Shown: positions 41,428 to 52,773, numbered from the stretch's first letter. The stretch: 64,000 bases of DNA from Nitrospirales bacterium (GCA_965203295.1 CBDBCZ010000019.1:1216001-1280000), one strand, 5' to 3'. Translations and numbers: made by a program. The notes: generated by a model from the letters alone, not told the origin.

Positions 41428-42987
41428 ATGGCTGGTCTACATCATGCGCTCATCAGTGTGTCGGATAAGACGGGTATCGTGGAAATGGCCAAAGGCTTGG
41501 CTGACCTTGGAATCACGCTTCTCTCAACAGGCGGAACCGCTAAGGCGATACGGGAAGCAGGTCTTTCTGTCCTGGATGTATCAGCCTACACAGGATCTCC
41601 CGAGATTCTTGATGGTCGTGTCAAAACCCTTCATCCCAAAATACATGGTGGCCTTTTAGGACGACGGGACCTGGATTCTCATGTCAAACAAATGGCTGAG
41701 CAGGGGATTGAGCCGATCGACGTCGTGGTGGTGAATCTGTATCCATTTGAGGCGACTATTGGTAAACCAGATTGTTCTCTTGAGGAGGCCATTGAAAATA
41801 TCGATATTGGTGGACCATCCATGCTGAGATCTGCCGCAAAGAACCATCAAGATGTCCTGGTTGTTGTCGATCCTCAAGATTATGGGCGTGTCCTGGATGC
41901 CTTAACGTCAAGGGCGGTTTCTGCTGCTCTTCGTCGTGAACTAGCCAGAAAAGTCTTTGAACATACAGCCCGGTATGATGGACTCATTGCTCATTATCTT
42001 TGTCAACAGGAAGATCGTTCCGATAAGGAAAGTTTTCCCCTGAGCCTGACTTTACAATACGAACGTGCTGAGATTCTCCGGTATGGAGAAAATCCTCATC
42101 AAAAGGGCGCGTTTTATCGAGAGATTGGGCATGGTGGTGAACCTTCTATTTCGCAAGCCAGACAACTTCATGGCAAAGCCATGTCGTTCAATAATTACCT
42201 TGATGCGAATTCAGCTCTTGAATTGGTGAAGGAATTCCAAGAGACAGCGGTCGTCATCATCAAACATAATAATCCCTGCGGTGTGGCGACAGGAGTCTCT
42301 GTTGAGGATGCCTATGTGAAGGCGCGTGAAACGGACCCTGTTTCCGCCTTTGGTGGCGTTATTGCGTGTAATCAGGTCGTCGATCTCGCGATGGCAAAAG
42401 AAGTCACCTCGACCTTTGTGGAGGTCTTGATTGCTCCAGGATTTACCGAGGAGGCTCTTGCCGAATTGAAACGGAAAAAAGATTTGAGACTCTTGGATGT
42501 GGGGGCATTGGACATGACTCAGCGGGAGACCTTGGATCTAAAAAAATTGGTAGGTGGAATAATCCTTCAAGACTGTGACCTTGGGAGCTTGGATGATCTT
42601 GGGAATCTAAAAGTTCCGACTCAACGGCGACCAACTGAAGAGGAATATGCAGCCTGTGGTTTTGCCTGGAAGGTGTGCAAACATGTGAAGTCTAATGCGA
42701 TCGTCTTTGCAAGACTTGGGCAAACTGTCGGTATTGGAGCCGGGCAAATGAGTCGGGTTGACTCTGTGAAGCTTGCCGAGATGAAGGCCAATATTCCTAT
42801 TAAAGAGAGTGTGATGGCTTCCGATGCGTTCTTCCCGTTTCGTGATGGGATTGATGCCGCAGCTCGAGCAGGTGTGACGGCGATCATTCAACCTGGTGGC
42901 TCAATTCGGGATGAAGAAGTGATCAAAGCTGCTGATGAGCACCAGATGACCATGATCATGACTGGCATGAGACATTTCCGGCATTGA
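41428..42987 (+). CDS. purH: bifunctional AICAR transformylase/IMP cyclohydrolase
   Basis: [51 protein letters not shown]. Confidence 0.98.
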   Translation: MAGLHHALISVSDKTGIVEMAKGLADLGITLLSTGGTAKAIREAGLSVLDVSAYTGSPEILDGRVKTLHPKIHGGLLGRRDLDSHVKQMAEQGIEPIDVVVVNLYPFEATIGKPDCSLEEAIENIDIGGPSMLRSAAKNHQDVLVVVDPQDYGRVLDALTSRAVSAALRRELARKVFEHTARYDGLIAHYLCQQEDRSDKESFPLSLTLQYERAEILRYGENPHQKGAFYREIGHGGEPSISQARQLHGKAMSFNNYLDANSALELVKEFQETAVVIIKHNNPCGVATGVSVEDAYVKARETDPVSAFGGVIACNQVVDLAMAKEVTSTFVEVLIAPGFTEEALAELKRKKDLRLLDVGALDMTQRETLDLKKLVGGIILQDCDLGSLDDLGNLKVPTQRRPTEEEYAACGFAWKVCKHVKSNAIVFARLGQTVGIGAGQMSRVDSVKLAEMKANIPIKESVMASDAFFPFRDGIDAAARAGVTAIIQPGGSIRDEEVIKAADEHQMTMIMTGMRHFRH

Positions 42988-43204
42988 TCAGGTGTGAATG
43001 TCCTCTGTTAGGGTTGATTCTTCCTTGAAATCCCTCCTTCTTCCTATTGGATAACACGCATTACCCATATTAATGGTCTTTTAAGATAAAACCAGAAAAG
43101 GCTCACAAGCTTGGGATTCCAACCTATGCGGTATTCGGAAATCGAATAATCCCAATATTAATTCATGACAGGTGTTAGAAACAGGAGGGAATGGAGAAAA
43201 CCGA

Positions 43205-44479
43205 ATGAAAATTTTGGTTGTTGGCAGTGGAGGACGAGAACATGCCCTGGTTTGGAAATTGGCACAAAGTCATCGAGTGTCAAAGGTCTACTGCGCGCCG
43301 GGGAATGCCGGCATCAGTCAATTAGCAACGTGTGTGCCCATTCTGGGTGATGACCTCGCCGGGCTTAAATCGTTCGTCCAACAAGAACCGATTGATCTGA
43401 CGGTTGTAGGACCCGAGGTTCCTCTCGCCTTAGGCATTGCTGACGAATTCCGTCGTGCCAAGTTGAGAATATTTGGACCCACCCGGAATGCGGCCAAAAT
43501 TGAGTCAAGCAAACGGTTTTCCAAAGACCTCATGATTCGACAAGACATCCCGACCCCTCGAGCCCCAACCTTTACCAGTCTTGACCAAGCCCTGGCTTAT
43601 CTGGACACGTGCTCTATGCCTATCGTGATCAAAGCTGATGGGTTAGCTCAGGGAAAGGGTGTGGTGGTAGCGAAAACTTTACAGGAGGCGCAGGAAACCC
43701 TAGTCGGCATGTTAGAGCGCCATCAGTTTGGTTCAGCAGGATCTCAAGTATTGGTTGAAGATTTCGTGGAAGGAGATGAGCTCACGGTCATGGCGTTTGC
43801 GGATGGGAAAACCGTGGTTCCGATGATTGGATCTCAAGATCACAAAAGAGTGGGGGAGGGAGATACAGGCGCGAATACGGGTGGAATAGGGGCCTATGCT
43901 CCGACACCACTGCTCTCCCCAAGTTTACGAAACCGGATCTTGCAAGACATCTTATACCCAGCGATTGAATGGCTTTCTCGAGTCGGAAGTCCGTTCTACG
44001 GTATCCTTTATGCAGGATTGATGGTGAAGGAGGATCAACCATTCGCATTAGAGTTTAATGCTCGTTTTGGTGATCCCGAAACTCAGGTTGTCTTACCATT
44101 GTTAAAAACTGATTTGCTTGAGATCCTAGAGGCCGTGATTGAACACCGTTTAGACCAGTTGAACCTTGAATGGCATGAGAGTTCGGCCGTCTGCGTGGTT
44201 CTCACTTCGGAGGGGTACCCTGGAACCTACCATACGGACCTTCCCATTTTGGGCTTACCTGAAAGCCATTCTGATCAAGAGGTCACGATATTTCATGCAG
44301 GAACCGCCTGGAAAGACCATCAAATCGTGACGGCAGGAGGGCGCGTATTGGGCGTCACGGGTATTGGCCCAGATATTCAATCCGCTCGTGATCGCGCTTA
44401 TGCTACAGTCCAAGGCATTTCTTTCCAGGGACGATATTATCGGAAGGATATTGCCTGCCGTGCCCTAACAAACTCTTGA
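43205..44479 (+). CDS. purD: phosphoribosylamine-glycine ligase
   Basis: MKILVVGSGGREHAL, KADGLAQGKGV, QDHKR, EFNARFGDPE, FHAGT. Confidence 0.97.
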   Translation: MKILVVGSGGREHALVWKLAQSHRVSKVYCAPGNAGISQLATCVPILGDDLAGLKSFVQQEPIDLTVVGPEVPLALGIADEFRRAKLRIFGPTRNAAKIESSKRFSKDLMIRQDIPTPRAPTFTSLDQALAYLDTCSMPIVIKADGLAQGKGVVVAKTLQEAQETLVGMLERHQFGSAGSQVLVEDFVEGDELTVMAFADGKTVVPMIGSQDHKRVGEGDTGANTGGIGAYAPTPLLSPSLRNRILQDILYPAIEWLSRVGSPFYGILYAGLMVKEDQPFALEFNARFGDPETQVVLPLLKTDLLEILEAVIEHRLDQLNLEWHESSAVCVVLTSEGYPGTYHTDLPILGLPESHSDQEVTIFHAGTAWKDHQIVTAGGRVLGVTGIGPDIQSARDRAYATVQGISFQGRYYRKDIACRALTNS

Positions 44480-44647
44480 AAAAGTTCACCAGTGTTGTTT
44501 TTTTCTGTCAAATCCTGGATGTCGCCTTCCACTCTGAGTATGACGAGTCAGGAATTCCTACTCTGGTACTTGATCTCTCTGATTCATCTACCACTGTCCG
44601 TCATCTGAAACTCAAGTTTTTATCCAGCACAGGAAGGGGAAATTTTT

Positions 44648-45289
44648 ATGGCGAAGGTTCTTCCTTTTTTTGAGGAACTTTCTAGGCCTGACTTTGAGGA
44701 AACCCTCCATTGTTTAAGGGTAGGCGGTGTGGTTTCTCTTCCCACCGAAAGCTTTTACGCCCTATCCGCTTCGGCTACTCATTTGGGAGGAACGGCTCGA
44801 GTGCAGGCCATGAAACAGCAGCCTCCGGAGAAACCAATTTTGGTTCTTATTGGAAACCGTGAGCGGCTTTCTACCCTCGTTTCTTCTGTTCCCTCGGCTG
44901 CTATTCCTCTGATGGATCGATTTTGGCCAGGTCCGTTGACGTTGATATTTCCAGCCTCTTCACTTCCCAGTGAATTAACAGGAGGAACCCGTACCATTGG
45001 GATTCGGCAACCGGGAAATGCGAAGTTGTGTTCCTTGCTATGTGAAACAGGACCTCTTACAGGGACCAGTGCGAATCGTTATGACCATCCTTCTCCCCGA
45101 ACTGCTCAGGAAGTTCAAGAAACTCTGGGCGAAGAAGTAGATTTAATTCTTGACGCGGGATCAACCCCAGGTGGATTGGCCTCAACCGTTTTAACCCTTC
45201 ATGATGGGATTCATGTGATCAGGGAAGGGCCTATTTCCATCGATCAGATTAGAGAATATCTCTTACCTCTTGGGTTACATCTTGCCTAA
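44648..45289 (+). CDS. tsaC: L-threonylcarbamoyladenylate synthase (YrdC/Sua5 family)
   Basis: PTESFYAL, FWPGPLTL, TSAN, STV, REGPI. Confidence 0.85.
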   Translation: MAKVLPFFEELSRPDFEETLHCLRVGGVVSLPTESFYALSASATHLGGTARVQAMKQQPPEKPILVLIGNRERLSTLVSSVPSAAIPLMDRFWPGPLTLIFPASSLPSELTGGTRTIGIRQPGNAKLCSLLCETGPLTGTSANRYDHPSPRTAQEVQETLGEEVDLILDAGSTPGGLASTVLTLHDGIHVIREGPISIDQIREYLLPLGLHLA

Positions 45290-46123
45290 GGTTTCTTTCA
45301 TTTGGCTAGGGGAGATCAGTGGAGCACAAAGAAGTTTTTAGGCCTTTTGAATAGATAAGCTTAAATTGCGCGGGCGAACCATTCCAGTTTCTGCGATTGA
45401 GGATGGTTGGACTTCTGGCGGATGAGGATACTCATGAAGGTCCAAGAGAAAATGCCCGAAGTCCCATCGATTCAAAGGTTGAGGTCCAGCGACGTGAAGA
45501 ATTCCGTGAACGGTTGACTCGGCGAGTTCCAGAAGGGCTTGTGATAGAGTCTCGATCCATATCGGGCAGCGGACTTCGTCTTTGAACAATTTAATGGGTA
45601 TTCTATTTTCAAGAGAATTGAGAAGCCATTGGGTCTGATGATCGGGTGGATTCCTCCCATAAATCAGAGAAGAGCGAACGATTAAAGATTGGGGAGAATT
45701 AGACCCTATAGCTTTTTCAGCCTGGACTTTAGCCGTCTCGTAGGGAGTCAGTGGGGAAGGTGGGTCCTCTTCTGTGTAAGGGGCATGTTCGCCATCGAAT
45801 ACCATATCTGTGGATAGGTGAATAAGGCGGAAACCGAACTGGGCGGCAGCCTCGGCCAGATTGACTGCTGCTGGAAGGATGGAATCCAAGTCTGCCTGGG
45901 TTTGATTAGAGCAGGCTGCATGAATGACGATATCGGGATTACTGGCTTTGATCAACTGATTGACGGCTGATAGATTACGTAAAGCACATTGGTGAAAGGT
46001 GATTCCTGGGAATGGCTTTGGAATATGACGATGATAGGTCGCATGGGTGTTCCATTGAATGGCTTTTTTGATGAGATTCCGGCCCACATAGCCTAATCCA
46101 CCTATAATTAATAAATTCTTCAT
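45275..46123 (-). pseudogene. RmlD-like SDR oxidoreductase, probably truncated by a late nonsense codon
   Basis: GGLGYVG, HLSTDMVFDG, YxxxK, RPRNLSL; TAA at 45338 is followed in frame by KLLCAPLISP... to TAA 45275, resembling the usual RmlD tail. Confidence 0.6.
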
Positions 46124-46225
46124 CCTTTCGGAGTTTCCTTAGTTCATGAGAACCCTTCCTTGTACGGATGCGAATGGTTTTTTTACAATATTAAAGAGTC
46201 ACTCAACAAATAGGTTGTCTTAGCC

Positions 46226-47254
46226 ATGATCGATTTACGAAGCGATACTGTCACTCAACCTTCTGCATCCATGCGTGAAGCGATGGCTCACGCGCAGGTT
46301 GGTGACGATGTGTATGGGGAAGATCCAACCGTTAACCGCCTTGAGAAGATGGCGGCTGATTTGTTGGGGAAAGAAGCTGCGCTCTTTGTGCCTTCAGGTG
46401 TGATGGGTAACCAGTTGTCTATTCGAGTTCATACCCAGCCTGGGGATGAGGTGATTGTCGAAAGTGTTTCTCATATCATCCGGTATGAAGGGGGATCCGC
46501 GTCTGCGCTTTCTCAAGTCCAATTGTGCTGCGTCTCTGGTAATAGAGGAATCCTCTCACCGGATAAGGTAGAAGCGGCTATTCGTCACCGAGATGTTCAT
46601 AACCCACCGACGACGTTGCTGTGCTTGGAGCAAACGCACAATACAGGCGGAGGATCGCTGTATCCTCTCTCGACGATTCAATCCCTTTCAACTCTCGCTC
46701 GACAACATGGGTTATCTCTGCATTTGGATGGTGCTCGGCTCTTCAATGCTGTAGTGGCCTCCAGGGTACCTGCCGCCGAGTATGCACGGTATTTCGATAC
46801 GATATCATTTTGTTTGTCCAAAGGCTTGGGAGCTCCGGTGGGCTCTATTGTTGTGTCAACGGCTGAGACGGTTTCCAAGCTGCGACGGTTACGGAAAATG
46901 TTTGGGGGTGGGATGCGGCAAGTCGGCATCCTGGCAGCGGCTGGAATCTATGCATTGCAGCATAATATTTCTCGCTTAAAAGAAGACCATGATAACGCCA
47001 AACAGCTCGCGCTCTTACTCCAACAAATTCCGACCGTGTATGTCGACCCTGATAAAGTCGAGACGAACATCGTGGTCTTTGAAGTCGTCGGAGTCACTCG
47101 CTCCATCCAAGATCTTCTAGAAGACTTTCGAAAATCAGGTGTCCTTCTCAATGCCATGGGAGATCGGGTTTTCCGTGCGGTAACCCACCTTGATGTCGGG
47201 TCCACAGACATTGAAAAAGCTGGGAAAACCTTCGCCGAGGTGCTAGCCTCTTGA
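46226..47254 (+). CDS. ltaE: low-specificity L-threonine aldolase
   Basis: [46 protein letters not shown]. Confidence 0.96.
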   Translation: MIDLRSDTVTQPSASMREAMAHAQVGDDVYGEDPTVNRLEKMAADLLGKEAALFVPSGVMGNQLSIRVHTQPGDEVIVESVSHIIRYEGGSASALSQVQLCCVSGNRGILSPDKVEAAIRHRDVHNPPTTLLCLEQTHNTGGGSLYPLSTIQSLSTLARQHGLSLHLDGARLFNAVVASRVPAAEYARYFDTISFCLSKGLGAPVGSIVVSTAETVSKLRRLRKMFGGGMRQVGILAAAGIYALQHNISRLKEDHDNAKQLALLLQQIPTVYVDPDKVETNIVVFEVVGVTRSIQDLLEDFRKSGVLLNAMGDRVFRAVTHLDVGSTDIEKAGKTFAEVLAS

Positions 47255-47337
47255 ATCGAAATGTCACTTTAGGAAAAAAGGGGGATTTCGGATACGTAGG
47301 TGTTGTCAGTGGGCTGAAGACACCTTCGACAGAGATT

Positions 47338-48084
47338 ATGCGACTCGATGATTGTGAAAATCGTAAAGGTCCAGTGCAACGTGCCTATCGCGCCCTCTCC
47401 AGAGACGTGAGAAAGTTACGGAGACGATTAAGTGATAGATGGGCTTATCTCTATACCTTCGTTTCGTCCCAGTTGTTCAAGAAGCCAAGTGTGTATGTGA
47501 TTGGAGATAGTCACGTAGGAGTTTTTGAAGGTCAAAAGAACTTTTTGGTTCATAAGGTCGGCTCGGCGACTGCGTACAACCTCAATAAGAGTGACAGTAC
47601 GACACAATCTGGAATAAGACTTTTTGAGGCTTTGCGGAAAGTCAGGCCAGGCGATATTGTCCTTTTTTCGTTCGGAGAGATCGACTGCAGAATTCATATT
47701 TATTATCAATTCAAAAAGCTGGGTGAGCGAATACCGATCTCGACCTTAATCAAAAAGACAGTTGCGAATTACAGGGATGTTTTACAGGTCGTGGCTGACC
47801 GAGGTGTGAATTTTTGTGTCTATGGTATCCCTCCGGCAGGTAAACAAGAAAATAACTACGAGTACCCGTTTTACGGTGATGCTGCCACACGTGCACAGAT
47901 TTATCAGGAGTTTAATGATGAACTTCGGAAGATGTGTGAAGCATCCGGATTCAGATTCATCGATGTTTTGTCGAAAGTGAAGGACCAGGATGGATTAATT
48001 TCGGTGGAATTTGCTTCCCCAGATGGGGTCTATTTAAGCTCCAAGGTGGTTCAAAGCCGAGTTAAATCGAGAACTCGGTCTTAA
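47338..48084 (+). CDS. SGNH/GDSL hydrolase family protein (catalytic His apparently lost)
   Basis: IGDSH, FGEIDCRIH; C-terminal DGVY where DxxH is expected. Confidence 0.7.
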   Translation: MRLDDCENRKGPVQRAYRALSRDVRKLRRRLSDRWAYLYTFVSSQLFKKPSVYVIGDSHVGVFEGQKNFLVHKVGSATAYNLNKSDSTTQSGIRLFEALRKVRPGDIVLFSFGEIDCRIHIYYQFKKLGERIPISTLIKKTVANYRDVLQVVADRGVNFCVYGIPPAGKQENNYEYPFYGDAATRAQIYQEFNDELRKMCEASGFRFIDVLSKVKDQDGLISVEFASPDGVYLSSKVVQSRVKSRTRS

Positions 48085-48399
48085 GGTATAACTGAAGGGG
48101 ACGCTTCTTCTCACTGCCCCGTACTCACTAGTTGAATCTCTCTGTTACAATGGAATTTCAACCTCATTTTTGCTCTCTTACTGTGTGCTCAAAAGTCTGG
48201 CCCTGAGATCCGTCAACGAGGTTGGTGGTTGAGAGAATGCTGCTGACGTAAACCCTTTTTTCTGGCATGTTGGAAATTGATGCGATCGAAGAGACAGTGT
48301 CTCGTCTCAATGATGAGGCATGTATACCCGTTAGGATGTGTTGACAGAATTCATGGCGTGTTTCTAGAATCTTTTTGGTGTTAACTCAGGAGGGAAGGG

Positions 48400-48636
48400 T
48401 TGACTTTAAAAGCTGTTTCGTTTGAACAAATCAAACACATTCTCGAGTTGACGGATCGACTTGATATCAACCGGGAATGGGTGGAAATCCCTCTTTCCCC
48501 GGATTCGTCTGGCATGGTTAGAAAATTACCCAATGGGAAGCTGGAAATCGTGGTTGATGCGGATTGCCCATTCGAAGAATGGCTAGCATCTTTAGAAGAA
48601 AAAATCCAAGAGGTCTGGAGTACGTCCCATAGCTAG
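48400..48636 (+). CDS. small hypothetical protein
   Basis: 78 aa, TTG start after GGAGGG. Confidence 0.7.
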   Translation: MTLKAVSFEQIKHILELTDRLDINREWVEIPLSPDSSGMVRKLPNGKLEIVVDADCPFEEWLASLEEKIQEVWSTSHS

Positions 48637-48692
48637 GACCTGATGATTCTTGAATTTCGTAGAAATTAGGACAGGAAAGGGTCTTGAACGAT

Positions 48693-48899
48693 ATGGCAGT
48701 GCGTGATCGCGAATGGCCAGGTTATACCGCGTGGTTTTGTTGTTCAACTTGCGGTCGATTATGGACCTTTCAAGGAAATGATGTGGTTGCCCTGGATCCC
48801 AAATTCGTACTAGGACCGGCCAAGCCCAGTGAAGGGGTTACGTGTCGTACGTGTGCAGTCTGTGAAGGGACGCAAAGCGAGCCAGCGGCTGAAATTTAA
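48693..48899 (+). CDS. small Cys-rich putative metal-binding protein
   Basis: CCSTCG and CRTCAVC motifs. Confidence 0.55.
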   Translation: MAVRDREWPGYTAWFCCSTCGRLWTFQGNDVVALDPKFVLGPAKPSEGVTCRTCAVCEGTQSEPAAEI

Positions 48900-48963
48900 C
48901 CGCGCCTCCAGAGAAATTAGATTTCCCCTTTCTTGATCTTTTCTTTTTTTAACAGTCTCTTTT

Positions 48964-49389
48964 TTATCCTAATGAAACGGATTGTCCTTTAAGATCCGTT
49001 TCCCCACTCTTGGTGCTTGTTTTATGAACAGACCATTCTAGTGGAGTGATTTTCATCAGGTGACCCTTGAGGGTATAAAACTGTCCCTTGGAAATCACAA
49101 CACGGTCCTCTTCCTTTAAATCGATCTTCAAAACTTCTTCCCCTTGTTCCAGATCAGTTAAAACCAGGCTTGTTGGGTCTTTTGTTAACTGGTAGATTCC
49201 TCGCTCATTAGTGGCCAGTGTGCTATTCATTAATTTCCCTGGCATTTTTCCGACAGAATCAAAAATCGCAAAGTTGATCTTGAGGGGCCCGCCAGATTTG
49301 GCAAGAGAAATTTCCAATTGAAGCACTCCTTCAATTTCCACATTACCATCGGTGTTGCGATAAAGATGCGGACCAATTTGGATGTCCAT
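48964..49389 (-). CDS. hypothetical protein
   Basis: Beta-rich ORF starting MDIQIGPH after AAGAGG. Confidence 0.7.
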   Translation of the reverse strand: MDIQIGPHLYRNTDGNVEIEGVLQLEISLAKSGGPLKINFAIFDSVGKMPGKLMNSTLATNERGIYQLTKDPTSLVLTDLEQGEEVLKIDLKEEDRVVISKGQFYTLKGHLMKITPLEWSVHKTSTKSGETDLKGQSVSLG

Positions 49390-49405
49390 AAAGCCAATCC
49401 TCTTT

Positions 49406-49624
49406 CTAAGTCTCAGATTTTCGTATTCGATTGAGAATAAGGGCAATACATCCCCCTAAGAGCCCACCACCGAGAATCGGTGTCACCAATTCTATAAGCT
49501 TGATATCCCATAGCGGCCCCCTTGTTTCCATGATGTCTCGAATGCCTCCTTGAATGAGGATCACGGCCAATGCCATGAGGGCTCCAATCATAAACCACCA
49601 AATAAAGATTTTAAGGGAACTCAT
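49406..49624 (-). CDS. small two-TM membrane protein
   Basis: Two hydrophobic segments; directly downstream of comM. Confidence 0.7.
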   Translation of the reverse strand: MSSLKIFIWWFMIGALMALAVILIQGGIRDIMETRGPLWDIKLIELVTPILGGGLLGGCIALILNRIRKSET

Positions 49625-49636
49625 GAGAATCAGTGC

Positions 49637-51163
49637 TTACAAAGGGACTTGGCGATCAAGGCTCCGATAGTGGACAGCTTCAGCCAAATGCTGAGGTGTT
49701 ATATTCGCTGAGTTTGCCAAATCTGCAATGGTTCGGGCAACGCGGAGGATCTGGCCATGGGCTCGAGCAGAGAGGCCAAGCTGGGCCACGGCTGTGTCCA
49801 GTAAGTTTTGCCCAACGGAATCGATTTGGCAATATTTCTTGATATGGCGTGGTTTCATCTGTGAATTGCAGTAAAAGCGTTCCTTCAGATACCGAGTGGA
49901 TTGATGAGACCGCGCCTGCGTCACACGATGGCGTATCGTTTCTGAATCTTCTTGAGGATCTGATCGATTCAATTCGGAAGCGGGAACTGCGGGTACTTCA
50001 AGATGAATATCGAGCCGATCAAGAAGGGGACCGGAGAGCCGCGATCGATAACGACGAATCTGGTAGGGTGTACAGAGACATTCTCGAGTGTGATCTCCGT
50101 AATAACCACAGGGGCAGGGGTTCATCGCAGCCACAAGCATAATGTTCGCTGGATACTTTAAGGAGGCGTTGACTCGTGTGATGGTGACAGTGCCGTCTTC
50201 CAAGGGTTGACGGAGGCTATCCAGAAGGGGTCGTTTAAACTCAAGACACTCATCCAGGAAGAGTACGCCATGATGGGCTAAAGACACTTCTCCTGGAAGA
50301 GGGATCGTACCCCCACCAATTAATCCGGCTTCCGATATACTATGATGAGGTGCTCGAAAAGGTCGAGTGGTCATTAAGGCCTTGCCAATCGGTAAAGTTC
50401 CAAACACGCTATGAACCCTGGTGGTCTCTAGCGCTTCCTCGCGTTGGAGAGGGGGAAGAATTCCGGATAACCGTTGGGCCAACATGGTTTTTCCTGACCC
50501 TGGAGGGCCTACCAATAACACATTGTGCCCACCGGCTTCGGCAATTTCCAGTGCACGCTTGGCCAGACCCTGTCCCTGGACATCTGCAAAATTGTCTTCA
50601 AACTCCAGTGGAGATCGGACCAGGTCGAATGGATGTACGGTGATGGGTGAAAGCGAAATCCGACCTTGAAGAAATTCGACAACCTCTGGAAGCGTCTTAA
50701 CCCCATAGACTTTGACTTCATCAACCATGGCGGCTTCGGCCGCATTTTCATCCGGTACAAGGAGAGGATGACGGTGTTGGCAGGTTATCCCGATCGATAA
50801 GGCACCTGAGATCGGTTTGATTCGGCCATCAAGCGAAAGCTCACCGACGAGCACATAGTGTTTGACTGCCTCGGCCGATAGGACTTGCTCGGCGACCAAG
50901 ATCCCTATCGCAATTCCTAGATCGAGTCCAGATCCTTCTTTTTTTACTCCTGCAGGGGCCAAATTTACTGTGATCTTTTTTGCTGGGAATGAAAAGCCAG
51001 AATTCTTCAGCGCAGCGCGTACGCGATCACGGCTTTTCTGAACAGTTGCATCGGTAAGGCCGACAATGGAAAATTGAGGTAAGCCCCCTCCAATATCAAC
51101 TTCAACTTCAATGATATGGGCCTCTAAACCCAGTAATCCAGCGCTTAAGACTTTAGCTAGCAT
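49637..51163 (-). CDS. comM: YifB/ComM Mg-chelatase-like AAA+ ATPase
   Basis: VNLAPA..KKEG, GPPGSGKT, PFRAPHH, GEVSLAHHGVLFLDE, AMNPCPCG, SGPLLDRLD, ARTIADL. Confidence 0.95.
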   Translation of the reverse strand: MLAKVLSAGLLGLEAHIIEVEVDIGGGLPQFSIVGLTDATVQKSRDRVRAALKNSGFSFPAKKITVNLAPAGVKKEGSGLDLGIAIGILVAEQVLSAEAVKHYVLVGELSLDGRIKPISGALSIGITCQHRHPLLVPDENAAEAAMVDEVKVYGVKTLPEVVEFLQGRISLSPITVHPFDLVRSPLEFEDNFADVQGQGLAKRALEIAEAGGHNVLLVGPPGSGKTMLAQRLSGILPPLQREEALETTRVHSVFGTLPIGKALMTTRPFRAPHHSISEAGLIGGGTIPLPGEVSLAHHGVLFLDECLEFKRPLLDSLRQPLEDGTVTITRVNASLKYPANIMLVAAMNPCPCGYYGDHTRECLCTPYQIRRYRSRLSGPLLDRLDIHLEVPAVPASELNRSDPQEDSETIRHRVTQARSHQSTRYLKERFYCNSQMKPRHIKKYCQIDSVGQNLLDTAVAQLGLSARAHGQILRVARTIADLANSANITPQHLAEAVHYRSLDRQVPL

Positions 51164-51288
51164 AACGTTTTATTCTTGAGGCAGGGAAAAGAAGAAATAA
51201 CGTTGGCAATTTAAAAAGTTTTTCTCAACATGAAATGGCCACGACGTTCGAAATCGTTCAAGAAATCCAGAAAAGATACCGTTAAATA

Positions 51289-51981
51289 ATGGCTAAGGAT
51301 TATAGGCGGGGTTTCAATAAAAGGAAACTCATCGAGGCGATGACTCAGGCTTCTTTCCAGATGAGACGGCGTGAATATGGTTTAATGTGTGTCGGCCTCT
51401 TTCTTTGTGTGTCCCTGCTTCTCGTTCCTCGTTCTCTCTATGCGACTGAAAAGAGAGATTGGGAAGCCGGAAGGTCCGTACCCACTGAACGAACGGTGGC
51501 AGCCGTATCTTCTCGGGCTTCGGCTACACAAGTGGGCTCAATCATGGCCTTGCTGGCTACCTTTGAGGAAGCGAGAGTGTTACCACCTGAAGGTAGTCCT
51601 GAAGCAGATCAATTGATCCATGCTCTGATTCAGTTTCAATCCGTATTTATGAAAAGTTCTGACCCTGCTGTGAGGAAATATTTCACTGGGGCCATGCGAT
51701 CATATTTTTTTGATCAAGCTGACGAGAGGGAACAACTCTTCCTTTCACGTGGATGGACGTCGGAGATTCTCGAAGCAGTATTACTCTATGAGGCCTATCC
51801 ACAATCGTGGAAGGGATCTGCCCTGGACTCGGCGTTCGCGTCATATAATGTGGATCGAAAGGATTTCTATGAACTCCGTGAGGTCTTCAATCTGGCTAGA
51901 CGAAACTTATTGCAAAAGAGACAGGATATTCATGTGGTCTATCGGGTGCATCGAAAATTGATGCCAGGGGCATACCCTTGA
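51289..51981 (+). CDS. exported hypothetical protein (start uncertain, possibly 51340 or 51361)
   Basis: Signal-like hydrophobic segment followed by a helical domain. Confidence 0.7.
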   Translation: MAKDYRRGFNKRKLIEAMTQASFQMRRREYGLMCVGLFLCVSLLLVPRSLYATEKRDWEAGRSVPTERTVAAVSSRASATQVGSIMALLATFEEARVLPPEGSPEADQLIHALIQFQSVFMKSSDPAVRKYFTGAMRSYFFDQADEREQLFLSRGWTSEILEAVLLYEAYPQSWKGSALDSAFASYNVDRKDFYELREVFNLARRNLLQKRQDIHVVYRVHRKLMPGAYP

Positions 51982-52051
51982 GAAATTCAGATGACGCGAG
52001 TGGGAATGTTGGTTCTGGAGCAATCGTTTTTTCTCAAATAAGGAGGAGCAT

Positions 52052-52618
52052 ATGGTTTGGCATCACGTAAAAGCCAAGGTCTTAAAAGTTTTTGTGGGAA
52101 TCTTCTTTGTGATGGTGGGGATGAGTCCGATGGAGGGAGTCAGTGCGACGGCAGCGGTCGAAAGGCCTATCATCGAAAAGGGCTCAAGCAAAAATTTACG
52201 GTTAGCCAAGGTGTATCTTGCAGCCGGTGATTACCGTCGGGCTGTCGAATCGTGTCAACGTGAATTGGACGAAGCGCCTTCGGTCGAAAGCTATGTGTAT
52301 CTGACTTATGTGTATCATGCGATTGATGGCTATATGGAATGGTTGGCAAAAAGAGACGAATGGGGAAAGATTGGTCAACTTTCTCTTTCATTTACCTCTA
52401 GAGGTACGTATGACCTTGTCGATCCTCCGGACATCCTGGCCCGGATGGCGAAGGAACTCCTTCATGAAGGGTTGCGGCAACAGTTTGATCTGACCGCTTC
52501 GATGGCTAATCGTTTGGATAAAGCCCAAGTGGATGTCCTTTGGCAACAACAGACGGTTTGGCAAAATGCTCACCCTGATAGTTGGTGGGCTGGAATCCCA
52601 AAAGAATGGGCATGGTGA
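52052..52618 (+). CDS. exported hypothetical protein with TPR-like helix
   Basis: AGGAGG RBS, signal peptide, LAKVYLAAGDYRRAVESC. Confidence 0.75.
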   Translation: MVWHHVKAKVLKVFVGIFFVMVGMSPMEGVSATAAVERPIIEKGSSKNLRLAKVYLAAGDYRRAVESCQRELDEAPSVESYVYLTYVYHAIDGYMEWLAKRDEWGKIGQLSLSFTSRGTYDLVDPPDILARMAKELLHEGLRQQFDLTASMANRLDKAQVDVLWQQQTVWQNAHPDSWWAGIPKEWAW

Positions 52619-52773
52619 GCATAGAGGAGTGAGGCTATCTTCATTCCGGGAAATCATGTTCTTGTTCAAACACACCGTGTCATCGGAGAGGATTCGTGAA
52701 GTTGACAGACTTTGTGTGGGTAGTTAGGATTGCAATCTGACATTAGGATAATGTTTCAACACAAGGAGGCGAT

